This document shows positions 26,692-35,895 of a stretch of DNA of 64,000 nucleotides, in pieces (the stretch's first letter is position 1; each line of letters starts with the position of its first letter). The position numbers and the translations under genes were made by a program. The stretch spans positions 2,082 to 66,081 of the forward strand of contig CAUWDA010000007.1 in the NCBI GenBank assembly GCA_963557075.1, read 5' to 3'. The stretch comes from an uncultured Flavonifractor sp. (GTDB lineage Bacteria; Bacillota; Clostridia; Oscillospirales; Oscillospiraceae). Under the pieces are notes generated by a model that saw only the letters and a list, made by a program, of their open reading frames with translations, was not told the DNA's origin and ran no database searches.

Positions 26692-28179
26692 ATGTCGTCA
26701 AGTGTTGGAGGACGAAATAAGAATATTGGCTATTATCTTTGTGTTTTGATTGCACTGTGCCTCATTTTCTTTTTTGGCGTTGTAGTTCCTCCCTTTGCGG
26801 GAATCACACCGGCGGGAATCGGTGTTTTAGGTGTATTTTTCGGGGTCCTGCTCATCACAATCGTAACGGGAGAGACATTCTGGCCAGCTTTGATGGGCCT
26901 GTTTGGGTTGATTATCTGTGACTATACAACTGCCAGTGGGCTTTTGGCGAGTTGGTTTGGAAATGCCACCATTCAGCAGATCATCTGGGTCATGGCCCTG
27001 ACTGGTGCGGTCACAGAATCGGGAGCAGTCAATGTGTTGGCCCGCAAGGTGCTGCGCATCCGGGCGTTTCGGGGACATCCTATGCGCCTGATTGTAGGTC
27101 TGTTTTTGACAGTACTGGTGTGCTCTGCCCTGGTAAGCAGTCCCACTACCATGCTTCTGCTGTGGTATCCCATCCTGGACGGGATCTGTGAGATGTGTGG
27201 TGTGGAGAAGGACAGTGACCTGAAGCGGGAGTTGCTGCTGGGTGTCTATATTTCCGCTATGGGCGCCTATGTGCTGCCATTCAAGGGAGTTCATCTCTCC
27301 TCTATTGCTATCATCAGTGGTATTATGGAGAGTAGCGGTCTGAGTTTCAACAGTGCCCTTTATCTGGTGGCTGCAACGCTGGTGGTGTTGGCCTTTGTGC
27401 TGGTATATGCTCTGTTTATCCGTTTTGTATGGAAGACCGACCTGACTCCCCTGAAGAACTTTGATGTGAATAAGATGGGGCTCACAGAGTCCGATCTGAA
27501 GATGACTTTCAAGCAAAAAGTGTTGCTTGGCTTCATGATCTTTGGTATTATATTCCTCCTGATTGGTATGGTACTGCCTGTAGAATCCGTCATCAACGTA
27601 TTCTACAAAAAAATTGGCTCTACCTGGATTTGGATCGTCCTCTTTGCTATTTTGTGTATGATCCGAGACAAAGAGGGCAAGCCGTTTATCAATGGCGTCA
27701 AGCTCCTCCAGTCCAAGACGATGTGGGGCATCGTAGCTGTTGCTGGCTGCTTTACCATCTGCGGTTCTGCAATCGCATCCGATGATTTGGGTATTAAAGC
27801 AGCCATTGCTACAGCCCTGGGGCCTGTTTTGGGAAGCGCAAGTTGGCCCATCATGGTTACACTTTGTGTGGCAGCTTCCACTATTTTCACGAACTTTACC
27901 AACGGCATGCCTGTCAGCTTTACCATCAATGCGATTTGTATTCCTTTGGCCTGTACGATGCAGATGAATGGCGAAGGAAATGCAACGATTTTGGGTGTTG
28001 CGACCATCCTCTCCAGCATGTGTGCATTCCTTACCAACGGGGCTATTGCGTATGCACCGGTTATGCTGGGACGGGAAGAGATGACCAATAAGTTTATCTT
28101 TACCAAAGGCGTAGTGACCAACATCATCTTTATTGTTTTGGCCAGCGCCATCTGTATCGTCTTTGGATATCTGTTCTGA
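26692..28179 (+). CDS. SLC13/DASS-like anion transporter
   Basis: Many TM helices; VSSPTT and FTNFTN repeat motifs; lower-GC codon usage. Confidence 0.7.
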   Translation: MSSSVGGRNKNIGYYLCVLIALCLIFFFGVVVPPFAGITPAGIGVLGVFFGVLLITIVTGETFWPALMGLFGLIICDYTTASGLLASWFGNATIQQIIWVMALTGAVTESGAVNVLARKVLRIRAFRGHPMRLIVGLFLTVLVCSALVSSPTTMLLLWYPILDGICEMCGVEKDSDLKRELLLGVYISAMGAYVLPFKGVHLSSIAIISGIMESSGLSFNSALYLVAATLVVLAFVLVYALFIRFVWKTDLTPLKNFDVNKMGLTESDLKMTFKQKVLLGFMIFGIIFLLIGMVLPVESVINVFYKKIGSTWIWIVLFAILCMIRDKEGKPFINGVKLLQSKTMWGIVAVAGCFTICGSAIASDDLGIKAAIATALGPVLGSASWPIMVTLCVAASTIFTNFTNGMPVSFTINAICIPLACTMQMNGEGNATILGVATILSSMCAFLTNGAIAYAPVMLGREEMTNKFIFTKGVVTNIIFIVLASAICIVFGYLF

Positions 28180-28215
28180 GCTCTCTTGGGAAAGAACAAA
28201 AGGAGTGTTTAGTCA

Positions 28216-29748
28216 ATGAGCAATGTATATGTGGAGCCAGCACGGGAACTACCTATAGAGGCCCAGTGCGACATCCTGGTGGTAGGCGGCGGCGCCGCCG
28301 GTCACTCTGCCGCTGTGGCCGCTGCCCGGGCAGGCGCCAAGAATATCATCCTGCTGGAGCGGTACGGATACATGGGGGGCGACGTCACCGGCGGCTATGT
28401 CATCATGGTGCCCAATCTTTCCTGGTATGATAAGTCCTTTGTCCGGGGCCTCCAGGAGGAGTGGTTCACCCGTCTGAGCAAAATCCCCGGGGCGGTGAGC
28501 GCCCCTTCCCTGGACCAGATCGGCAGCACTGATCCCGCCCTGCTTCACCCCTGGAGTGGCATCCATGACTGCGTCAGCCGTGGGGGATATGGTGGGTGCA
28601 AGCCTTCCTGTCTGGTGCGGTCGGTATATTTTGAGCCAAACCAGCTGAAGATCGAGCTGGACAAGATGCTTCTGGAGCATAAGGATGCCATCACTGTTAT
28701 GTGTCATAGCTGGGGTACCCGGCCCATTATGGAGAACGGAGCTGTCAAGGGTGTAATCTATGAGAGTAAGGAAGGCCGCAAGGCAATTCTGGCCAAAGTG
28801 GTCATTGACGCTACCGGTGACGGCGACCTGTACCGCCAGACCGGCACCCCCTTTGAAAGCATGGCTGACCAGGTTACCCGGGCCAATACCACTGCACTGG
28901 TGTGGCGCATCGGCGGCATCAACTGGGATTTGTTTTACCAGTGGCGCCATACCCATCCGGAGGAGATGGCGGCTCTGCGTCAGGGCTTGACACGGGTGGC
29001 GGGCTTCCGGTGTCTGCCTATGGCCAGTAATCAGAATGATATCTGCTGGGTCAACAACTGGCACGCTAACCGGGACTGCTCTGTAGTAAAGGATCAGACC
29101 GAGACTGAAATGAATACCCGCAATACCATGCGGGAGGTGCTGGAGTATCTGAGGCAGGCAGTGCCTGTTGCGTTCCGTAACGCCTATCTGTATGATATTG
29201 CGCCTCAGCTGGGTACCCGAATCAGCCGCCGGCTTAAGGGTGAATATGTGATGACCACCGCAGACTTTGCCTATGCGCTGGAGCATGATGACGTGATCGC
29301 CTGGCACTCTACCATCTGTCAGGTTAACGACTGCGGTCCCGTGGAGATCCCCTACCGGGCTATCCTGCCCAGGGGTGTAGAGAACCTGCTCTGCCCGGGC
29401 CGCCACCTGTCTGCCGACGGCATCGCCATCGACTGGCTGGACCTGATCCCTCAGTGCGTGGGTACCGGTCAGGCTGCCGGCGTGGCCGCCGCTGTGGCGG
29501 TGGCTGAGGGTACCACCGTCCATAACGTCAACATCCGTAAGGTCCAGGATATTCTGGTGGACCAGGATGTGCCCCTGCCCCACAACGCCAAATTTGAAGC
29601 AAAGGACCCCTCCTACCGGGAGATGGTGGAGGAGAAGCAGCATGGTTTGTACACCGACAAGGCCCAACTGGCCAGGGAGCAGAAGGAGAAGGGTCTGTCT
29701 CTGAATCTGGATTTTCAGGAAAAATTCAATGCGCCCCCCCAGCACTGA
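28216..29748 (+). CDS. FAD-dependent oxidoreductase (FAD_oxidored type)
   Basis: DILVVGGGAAG, LERYGYMGG, IDATGDGD, EIPYRAILP..VENLL..GR. Confidence 0.85.
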   Translation: MSNVYVEPARELPIEAQCDILVVGGGAAGHSAAVAAARAGAKNIILLERYGYMGGDVTGGYVIMVPNLSWYDKSFVRGLQEEWFTRLSKIPGAVSAPSLDQIGSTDPALLHPWSGIHDCVSRGGYGGCKPSCLVRSVYFEPNQLKIELDKMLLEHKDAITVMCHSWGTRPIMENGAVKGVIYESKEGRKAILAKVVIDATGDGDLYRQTGTPFESMADQVTRANTTALVWRIGGINWDLFYQWRHTHPEEMAALRQGLTRVAGFRCLPMASNQNDICWVNNWHANRDCSVVKDQTETEMNTRNTMREVLEYLRQAVPVAFRNAYLYDIAPQLGTRISRRLKGEYVMTTADFAYALEHDDVIAWHSTICQVNDCGPVEIPYRAILPRGVENLLCPGRHLSADGIAIDWLDLIPQCVGTGQAAGVAAAVAVAEGTTVHNVNIRKVQDILVDQDVPLPHNAKFEAKDPSYREMVEEKQHGLYTDKAQLAREQKEKGLSLNLDFQEKFNAPPQH

Positions 29749-29895
29749 GTCTCAGCCCACACAGAGCAGCCAGAAGGAACAAGAGGAGACAGCCGAGCCC
29801 ACTCTGGAGTTTTGGAGGAGTTTGGTGGACCGTCCAGGTTGCCAGATCACTGGGATATGCAACGAATGTGGGCAATGTGAGCATTGACAGCAAAC

Positions 29896-29943
29896 AAAAA
29901 CCGGGATCTGGTTCCACTGATTGGTGGAACCAGATCCCGGTTT
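29896..29943. terminator. Bidirectional terminator
   Basis: accgggatctggttccac/gtggaaccagatcccggt with A and T tracts. Confidence 0.75.
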
Positions 29944-29989
29944 AGTCATTCGGGTAGAAGCGGTAAAACAGGGAAAGGACATAAGATAG

Positions 29990-30868
29990 TTACTGGGTTA
30001 CCTGGCGCTCCATATAGCTAAGGAAGGCCGCCATTTCAGGGCCATGGGAAAGCGCATCGCACCAAACCATACGATTGCAGCTGGGGTGAAAGAAGTCCAA
30101 AGAAATTTCACAGACACCCTCCCAGGTAACCATCATGTCCAGCGGAAGGATGGGATAGAGGCGGCCTTGGACAGTAAGTTCCCGGAGCAGCAGCTGGTCC
30201 GAAGTGCGAAGTACCACATTTGGCTGCTTTCCAAGTGCATGGAAGCATGCGTTAAGGATAGCTTCAATCGGCATTGGAGCATTAAAAAATCCCAGGGGGA
30301 GGTCTAATATATCGGCGATACTGACACTGGGTTTTGAAGCAAGAGCGCTGTTTTCTGCTGCACCGATCATAATAGGATTCTGATATAGTTCCAATGTTTT
30401 GAAAAAGGTGCTATCCGGTCTGGCTGGGGTGAAAAACGCATCCAGATCTCCATCTTGGAGCAGTTTCCATGCGTCAAAGGCACTGTGCTCTTCCACGTGA
30501 AGTGGGATATCCGGATGATGCTGTTGAAATCCGTCAAAATAGGTACGGTAAACACAGTAAGCATTTGTGGGAGTAACGCCTAGACGGAGGGGCTGCGCAT
30601 GGGGACTTTGCTGGAGTTCAAGAATTTTAGAACGGGTGGCGGCATAGCAGGCGCTGAAACCGGAAAACAATTTTGCTAAAATATGTCCGCTTTCTGTCAG
30701 GGTCACTCCGTTTTTAGAACGAAGAAAGAGAACCGTATCGAACTCTTCCTCTAAATCTGCGATTGCCCGGGAAATCACCGAGCGGGAGACAAATAAAGCT
30801 TCCGCGGCGGAAGAGATATTACCTTTTTGACACACGGTTTGAAAATAAGAAATTTGTTTCAGTGTCAT
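29990..30868 (-). CDS. LysR-family regulator
   Basis: MTLKQISYF..GNISSAAEALFVSRSVISRAI..LE. Confidence 0.9.
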   Translation of the reverse strand: MTLKQISYFQTVCQKGNISSAAEALFVSRSVISRAIADLEEEFDTVLFLRSKNGVTLTESGHILAKLFSGFSACYAATRSKILELQQSPHAQPLRLGVTPTNAYCVYRTYFDGFQQHHPDIPLHVEEHSAFDAWKLLQDGDLDAFFTPARPDSTFFKTLELYQNPIMIGAAENSALASKPSVSIADILDLPLGFFNAPMPIEAILNACFHALGKQPNVVLRTSDQLLLRELTVQGRLYPILPLDMMVTWEGVCEISLDFFHPSCNRMVWCDALSHGPEMAAFLSYMERQVTQ

Positions 30869-30931
30869 GGTTACCTCCTGAAACGGGACATCGGAAGATT
30901 TGTCCAGCGCAAAAATTTCAAAAAAGGAAAA

Positions 30932-31696
30932 TCAGAGATTTGTACCGGACTGAGCTTCGAAGCGCACTTTCACTCGGCCGCCGCACACCATACCCAGCTC
31001 GGCGGCGGCGTGGGACAGGTCGTACTCCACCGTCTCGCCCTGGCTGCCCGATGCCCACAGGTCCTGAGCGTGGAGCCTGGCCTGGTACTCCACCTGGCCG
31101 CCGCCGATGGTACCGGCGCAGGAGCCGTCGGGCCGCACCAGCATCCAGGTGCCCACGCCGCGGGGAGCGGAGCCGTGCTTCTCCACGATGGTGCACAGCA
31201 TCCCCGGCTCACGGGGCGGCTTGACCAGGTCCGGCCCCAGGGCGGCGCGGACCTGCACCAGCTGAGCGGCGATGGACACAGCGATCTCCGCCGGGGTCTG
31301 GCCCCCGATGGACAGGCCAATGGGGGAGTGGACTCCGTCCAGCATTTCCTGGGAAAAGCCCTCCCCCCGGAGGGCCTGATACACAGCGGCCACCTTGGTG
31401 CGGCTGCCGATCATACCCACGTAGGCGTGCCGCCCCCGCAGGACATGGGCCAGACACTCCTTGTCAAAGGCGTGGCCCCGGGTGAGGATGGCGTAAAAAT
31501 CGGTATCCCGGCTGCCCAGCTGGTCCAGAGCCTGCTCAAAGGGCAGGCACAGCACCTGCTGTACCATGGGGAAACGGGTCTCGCTGGCAAATTCCGGCCG
31601 GTCGTCGATGACGACCACCTCAAATTCCAGCCGGGCGGCGATATGGGCCAGCTCCAGAGAGACGTGGCCGCCACCGCACAGGATCAGTCGTTCCAC
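30932..31696 (-). CDS. XdhC-family molybdenum-cofactor chaperone
   Basis: GGGHVS..DDRPEFA, TRGHAFD, GMIGSR, PIGL.IG..TPAEIA; C-terminal GSAPR..GTIGGG..GMVCGG. Confidence 0.85.
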   Translation of the reverse strand: MERLILCGGGHVSLELAHIAARLEFEVVVIDDRPEFASETRFPMVQQVLCLPFEQALDQLGSRDTDFYAILTRGHAFDKECLAHVLRGRHAYVGMIGSRTKVAAVYQALRGEGFSQEMLDGVHSPIGLSIGGQTPAEIAVSIAAQLVQVRAALGPDLVKPPREPGMLCTIVEKHGSAPRGVGTWMLVRPDGSCAGTIGGGQVEYQARLHAQDLWASGSQGETVEYDLSHAAAELGMVCGGRVKVRFEAQSGTNL

Positions 31697-32487
31697 AGGT
31701 GTGTCCTCCTTCCGAAATACAGAATACCTTCCAGTACGCCGCCGCCGATGGCCCGGGCCTTGTCCGACACGGTAAAGCAGTGGCGCACCTCGCACCGGGG
31801 GTCGATATCCCCCGACTTCATACCGGCGGTCACCGGGATGCCGGCGGGCAGCATACCCCGGACGATACCGGTGAGCTGGGCGGTGACGGGGATGCCGTTG
31901 ACGCGGGCCACCACGTCCCCCAGCGCCACCTGCTGGCCGATCTGAGCCACCGGCTCAAAGGGGCCGTCGGCGGGGGCGCGGATAATGCGCTCTTTGGTGT
32001 AGCCCCCCACGTCGCCGGGCACGCCGGTGTTGGGGATGGCGGTCCCCTCCAGGATGAGCCGCCCCAGGTCGTGGCCCCGCTTGGTCTCCACTACGCCGTG
32101 GCAGTCCACCCCGGCGGTAAAGCCGGGGCCCAGAGCCAGTACGATGGGGGCGTCGGTCAGGGTGGTGCCCAGGTTGCGCTTGGCCAGAATGGCGTCCACC
32201 ACCACCGTGAAGGGCAGTTCACTCCGAATGTGGGCCTCCGGGTCGGCCAGCACCGGGATCTCACCCGCCGCCAGGATGGTCTCCGCCTCAGCCCTGTCCG
32301 CCGCCCTGCGGGCGGTGATGCCCTCCACGGTGACGTGGCCGTCGTACATGCACTGGGAGAAGGCCACCGTCCGCCGCACCGCCGTGGGCTGGGCGATGTC
32401 GGTCATGACCACCGAAAAGCCGGCCCGGTACAGCCGCACCGCCGTGCCGGTGGCCAGATCTCCCGCGCCCTTGATCAAAATAAGCAT
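31684..32487 (-). CDS. yqeB: Selenium-dependent molybdenum hydroxylase system protein YqeB
   Basis: KGAGDLATG, VRRTVAF, ETKRGHDLG, GDIDPR, SDKARAIGGGVLE. Confidence 0.9.
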   Translation of the reverse strand: MLILIKGAGDLATGTAVRLYRAGFSVVMTDIAQPTAVRRTVAFSQCMYDGHVTVEGITARRAADRAEAETILAAGEIPVLADPEAHIRSELPFTVVVDAILAKRNLGTTLTDAPIVLALGPGFTAGVDCHGVVETKRGHDLGRLILEGTAIPNTGVPGDVGGYTKERIIRAPADGPFEPVAQIGQQVALGDVVARVNGIPVTAQLTGIVRGMLPAGIPVTAGMKSGDIDPRCEVRHCFTVSDKARAIGGGVLEGILYFGRRTHLWND

Positions 32488-33191
32488 GCTCCGCCCCGCT
32501 CCTTTTCTCTGTAGTAAGTGACGGCGCTGTGGATGCCCTGCCGGGCCAGCAGCGCCCTGATCTCGTTCCCCAAGGCCTGACGCCGGGGGTCATCCGCCTT
32601 GTTCAGCAGGCAGCGGAAGGCCATGGCCTGTCCCACGCCTTTCCGCCCGCCCAGCGGATCGGACAGGATGGCCGCCACGTCGGCGGGGGTGACCAGATGG
32701 GACGGGGGAACGCCCAGCAGGGCGCACACCCGCTCCGGCCGGTGGCAGATCTCCTCAATGGAGCTTCCCAGGCAGTCCAGTCCTGCCGACGCGATGACGG
32801 CGTTACAGCTGGGAGGGATCACCGGCTCGTGGTCCGCCGGGGCCTTCAGGGGCCGCAGCTTGGCTCCGTCGGCCTCCACCAGGACTACGTCAGCCGCGGT
32901 CAGGCAGGCGGCCGGATCTCCTGCGCCGGTGAGCTTGCCACGCTCATCATAGGCCCCCAGGGTGACCACCCGGTGCTCCGCCAGCAGGGCAGGGAGCGCG
33001 GCGGGATCGCCGGTGAGAGGCAGACAGGGGTGGGGTAAAATATGGGTGGTGGTGGTGACCACCACCGTCAGCCCCAGATCTATGGCCTGACGGGCCATAG
33101 CGTACATGGTGGAGGATTTTCCGCCGCCCCCCACCAGGGCCACCAACCGGTGGACCGCCGGGTCCAGGGCCAGGCGCTCCCAGATGCCCAT
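32475..33191 (-). CDS. yqeC: Selenium cofactor biosynthesis protein YqeC
   Basis: VGGGGKS, TTTTHI, VEADGAK.RPLKAPADHEP. Confidence 0.88.
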   Translation of the reverse strand: MGIWERLALDPAVHRLVALVGGGGKSSTMYAMARQAIDLGLTVVVTTTTHILPHPCLPLTGDPAALPALLAEHRVVTLGAYDERGKLTGAGDPAACLTAADVVLVEADGAKLRPLKAPADHEPVIPPSCNAVIASAGLDCLGSSIEEICHRPERVCALLGVPPSHLVTPADVAAILSDPLGGRKGVGQAMAFRCLLNKADDPRRQALGNEIRALLARQGIHSAVTYYREKERGGACLF

Positions 33192-33194
33192 AAT

Positions 33195-33773
33195 TCAGCC
33201 TCCTATCGTGTGTTCCAGCAGGATCTTGAGCCCGATGCCCACCAGCACCAGACCGCCCGCCAACTCGGCCCGGCGCTGAAAGAGGACGCCCAGCCGCTTC
33301 CCCACCAGGCCGCCCACCACCGACAGCCCCAATGCCACCAGACCGATGACGGCGGCGGAGAGCAGGATGTCCACCTGCATAAAGGCCATGGAGACCCCAA
33401 CGGCCAGGGCGTCGATGCTGGTGGCGATGGCCAGCAGGCACAGCCGTCCGGCAGACAGGTCGGGGGGAGCCGCCTCCCCGTCACCGGCGCTCTGGCGCAG
33501 GGCGCCCCAAACCATCCGCCCGCCGATGAAGGCAAGCAGGCCGAAGGCTACCCAGTGGTCCACCGCCTCGATGTACCGGCTGACGCTGCTGCCCAAAAAC
33601 CAGCCCGCCAGCGGCATGGCGAACTGAAATCCGCCGAACCACAGGCCCATTTTTAAGGCCTGTCTGCCCCCAAAGCCGGGGACGGAGATGCCGCTGGATA
33701 CGGACACAGCAAAGGCGTCCAGCGCCAGGCTGACGGCGATAAGAAGGATCTCCAGCAAAATAATCACCTGCAA
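33195..33773 (-). CDS. mntP: Manganese efflux pump MntP (exact start uncertain)
   Basis: SLALDAFAVS, EAVDHW, ATSIDALAVG, GLKILLEH. Confidence 0.88.
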   Translation of the reverse strand: MQVIILLEILLIAVSLALDAFAVSVSSGISVPGFGGRQALKMGLWFGGFQFAMPLAGWFLGSSVSRYIEAVDHWVAFGLLAFIGGRMVWGALRQSAGDGEAAPPDLSAGRLCLLAIATSIDALAVGVSMAFMQVDILLSAAVIGLVALGLSVVGGLVGKRLGVLFQRRAELAGGLVLVGIGLKILLEHTIGG

Positions 33774-33884
33774 AAAAGTAAGGTTTCCTTAAAAGAGTAT
33801 AGCATAGCGTGGAGAATTATGCTATAACAAATAGGAGAAAAGGGCGGCTCTGCCGCCCAAGGGAAAAACGGGGGAGAAGAGGGT

Positions 33885-34328
33885 ATGGAGCACCGGGAGT
33901 ATATGGAGAGAGCCCTGGAACTGGCCCGCCAGGCCATGGCGGAGGGGGAGGTCCCCGTAGGCTGTGTCATCGTAAAGGACGGCCGCGTGGTGGGGGAGGG
34001 GCGCAACCGGCGGGAGACCGGGCGGACTGCCCTGGGCCACGCTGAGATCGAGGCCATCCACCAGGCCTGCCGCACGCTGGGGGGTTGGCGGCTCACCGGC
34101 TGCACCCTCTACGTCACCCTGGAGCCCTGCCCCATGTGCGCCGGGGCCATCGTCAACGCCCGCATCCCGGCGCTGTACTACGGGGCCAGGGACGACAAGG
34201 CGGGGTGCTGCGGCTCGGTGCTCAACCTGTTTGAGGAGCGCTTCAACCACCATCCCCGGATCTACGGCGGCCTGATGGAGGAGGAGTGTACCGCCCTGCT
34301 TCAGGCATTTTTCCAGGAATTGAGGTAG
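33885..34328 (+). CDS. tadA: tRNA adenosine deaminase
   Basis: GEVPVG, HAE, TLEPCPMCAGA. Confidence 0.92.
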   Translation: MEHREYMERALELARQAMAEGEVPVGCVIVKDGRVVGEGRNRRETGRTALGHAEIEAIHQACRTLGGWRLTGCTLYVTLEPCPMCAGAIVNARIPALYYGARDDKAGCCGSVLNLFEERFNHHPRIYGGLMEEECTALLQAFFQELR

Positions 34329-34412
34329 CGGGCCCGCTCTTTTTGTGCATTTAATCAATTTGTAACAAAATAGCCCTAGGTTTTTTAACAACTCCTTGTT
34401 AACATATCACTT

Positions 34413-34493
34413 GCAAGAGAAAAAGCTTCTTTTCATTCTATCCTCCAATCACAGGAGCGGGCAGCGAGCGCAACGCTGCCCGCTTCGCTTTTT
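34413..34493 (+). ncRNA. Putative small RNA copy 1 (anti-RBS/AUG seed + terminator)
   Basis: TAACAT -10 box 7 bp before TGCAAG; pyrimidine seed tcttttcattctatcctcc; GC hairpin + TTTTT; paralog 183 bp downstream. Confidence 0.5.
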
Positions 34494-34595
34494 CAGCGGG
34501 AGTTGACATACTTTTTACACAAGGGGCGGCAGATTTAATGAATTTGTAACACCTTGCGTTTTCTTCGTTAACATCTTTTTCGTATGATAATACCT

Positions 34596-34682
34596 GCAAG
34601 AGACAGTTTCTTTTCATTTCATTGTATCCTCTTTCCTTCGACAGGGGCCGGACGCCAGGAGCAGGCGTCCGGCCCCTGTCGC
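34596..34682 (+). ncRNA. Putative small RNA copy 2
   Basis: TATGAT -10 box 7 bp before TGCAAG; seed tcttttcatttcattgtatcctc; 18-bp terminal hairpin. Confidence 0.5.
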
Positions 34683-34748
34683 GTTGGAAGATAAAAACGC
34701 CGGACTGCCGCAGAATGCGGCAGTCCGGCGTTTCACTGTAAGGGGAGA

Positions 34749-35141
34749 TCACTGTTTGACAAAGGTGAGGGAGGTCCCATCCTGCTCCATAACGATCGTC
34801 TTGCCGTCAAAGGGTACGGTCAGGTCCTCGCCATCCATCGTAAAGATCAGGTCGCTGCCGCTGGCCTTCCAGGTACCGGCCAGGCTGACGCCGTCAGTCA
34901 GACCGCTCATATCCTGGCCGCCCATATCCAGGGAGAAGGTGCCGTCCGTTTTCAATTCCATGAGGATGCTCATGTCCACGCCGGCGGTAGAGGCCAGTTC
35001 CTCCAGATCCATGCTGATGCCGCCGGCATTCATCTCGGTCAGCTTGTAGGTACCGGCAGCGCTGCTGCCGCCACCACCGCAGGCAGCCAGGCTGACGATC
35101 ATGGCCAGGGCCAGAAGGAGGGTGAGTACGCGCTTCTTCAT
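34749..35141 (-). CDS. Small lipoprotein, unknown function
   Basis: MKKRVLTLLLALAMIVSLAAC lipobox; GTYKL and GTWK repeats. Confidence 0.8.
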   Translation of the reverse strand: MKKRVLTLLLALAMIVSLAACGGGGSSAAGTYKLTEMNAGGISMDLEELASTAGVDMSILMELKTDGTFSLDMGGQDMSGLTDGVSLAGTWKASGSDLIFTMDGEDLTVPFDGKTIVMEQDGTSLTFVKQ

Positions 35142-35331
35142 TCGGATCCATCCTTTCAAGTTCAATGCCCGAACAATGGGGGGCTCCATGGACTGATTAT
35201 AGCATGGGAGAAAATATTTGACAATCTGAAAGAAACTTTGAAGGAGCGGAGCGGTTGGAAGAAAGCTGTCTCCACACTAGAGCGCCTGAAGGTGGAAAAA
35301 GGGGTGGGGCAGCTAGCCGCCCCACCCCTTT

Positions 35332-35895
35332 TCAGGGCAGATCCTCCGGGTTATCCACATCGTCCAGCTCTTTTGGGGAAAACGCTTCCACCAGCACCAG
35401 CCGGTCCAGGTGGCGCTTCACCACCGCGCCGCCGCCGGTGTCCCCGGTGAGGGCGGCCAGCTCGTCCAGCAGATCGGCGGGGAAGAGGACGGGGTTGCCC
35501 CGATTTCCCCGCCAGGCCAGGGCGCAGATGGCGTTATCTGAACACGTAAAGGTATTTTTCAATTTAATAATACTCTCTGTGGTCAAAAAGGGCTGGTCAC
35601 ATACCGAGAAGAGCACCCCGTCCATGTCCCGCATCCGGGACAAGCCCAGGCGGATGGAGGCCGAAATGCCCTCCGCACCGTCCGGATTATACAGGGGGAG
35701 AAAACCCAGCTCCTCCCCGGCCTCCAGTACCTCCGGATAGGGGGAGCACACCGCCAGCCGGTCCAGCCCCGCCCCCGCCAGGGCGGTCATGGCCCGGCGG
35801 TAGAGGGGCACGCCCTCTACCGGTTTCAGCAGCTTATTGGAGCCGAACCGCCGGCCCAGGCCGGAGGCCAGCAGGACCCCGCCGACCCGCTTCAT
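35332..35895 (-). CDS. MocA/YgfJ-like nucleotidyltransferase (molybdenum cofactor)
   Basis: LLASGLGRRFGSNKLL, CDQP, GNPVLFP, GDTGG, DVD. Confidence 0.85.
   Translation of the reverse strand: MKRVGGVLLASGLGRRFGSNKLLKPVEGVPLYRRAMTALAGAGLDRLAVCSPYPEVLEAGEELGFLPLYNPDGAEGISASIRLGLSRMRDMDGVLFSVCDQPFLTTESIIKLKNTFTCSDNAICALAWRGNRGNPVLFPADLLDELAALTGDTGGGAVVKRHLDRLVLVEAFSPKELDDVDNPEDLP

Noticed and set aside
33774-33884. yybP-ykoY Mn riboswitch upstream of mntP
   Set aside because: The short divergent intergenic region lacks the expected motif.
34329-34748. SRP RNA after tadA (its position in Bacillus)
   Set aside because: The conserved SRP domain IV motif (CAGG..GGAAGGAAGCAGC) was not found; the region is better explained by the paired sRNA-like units.
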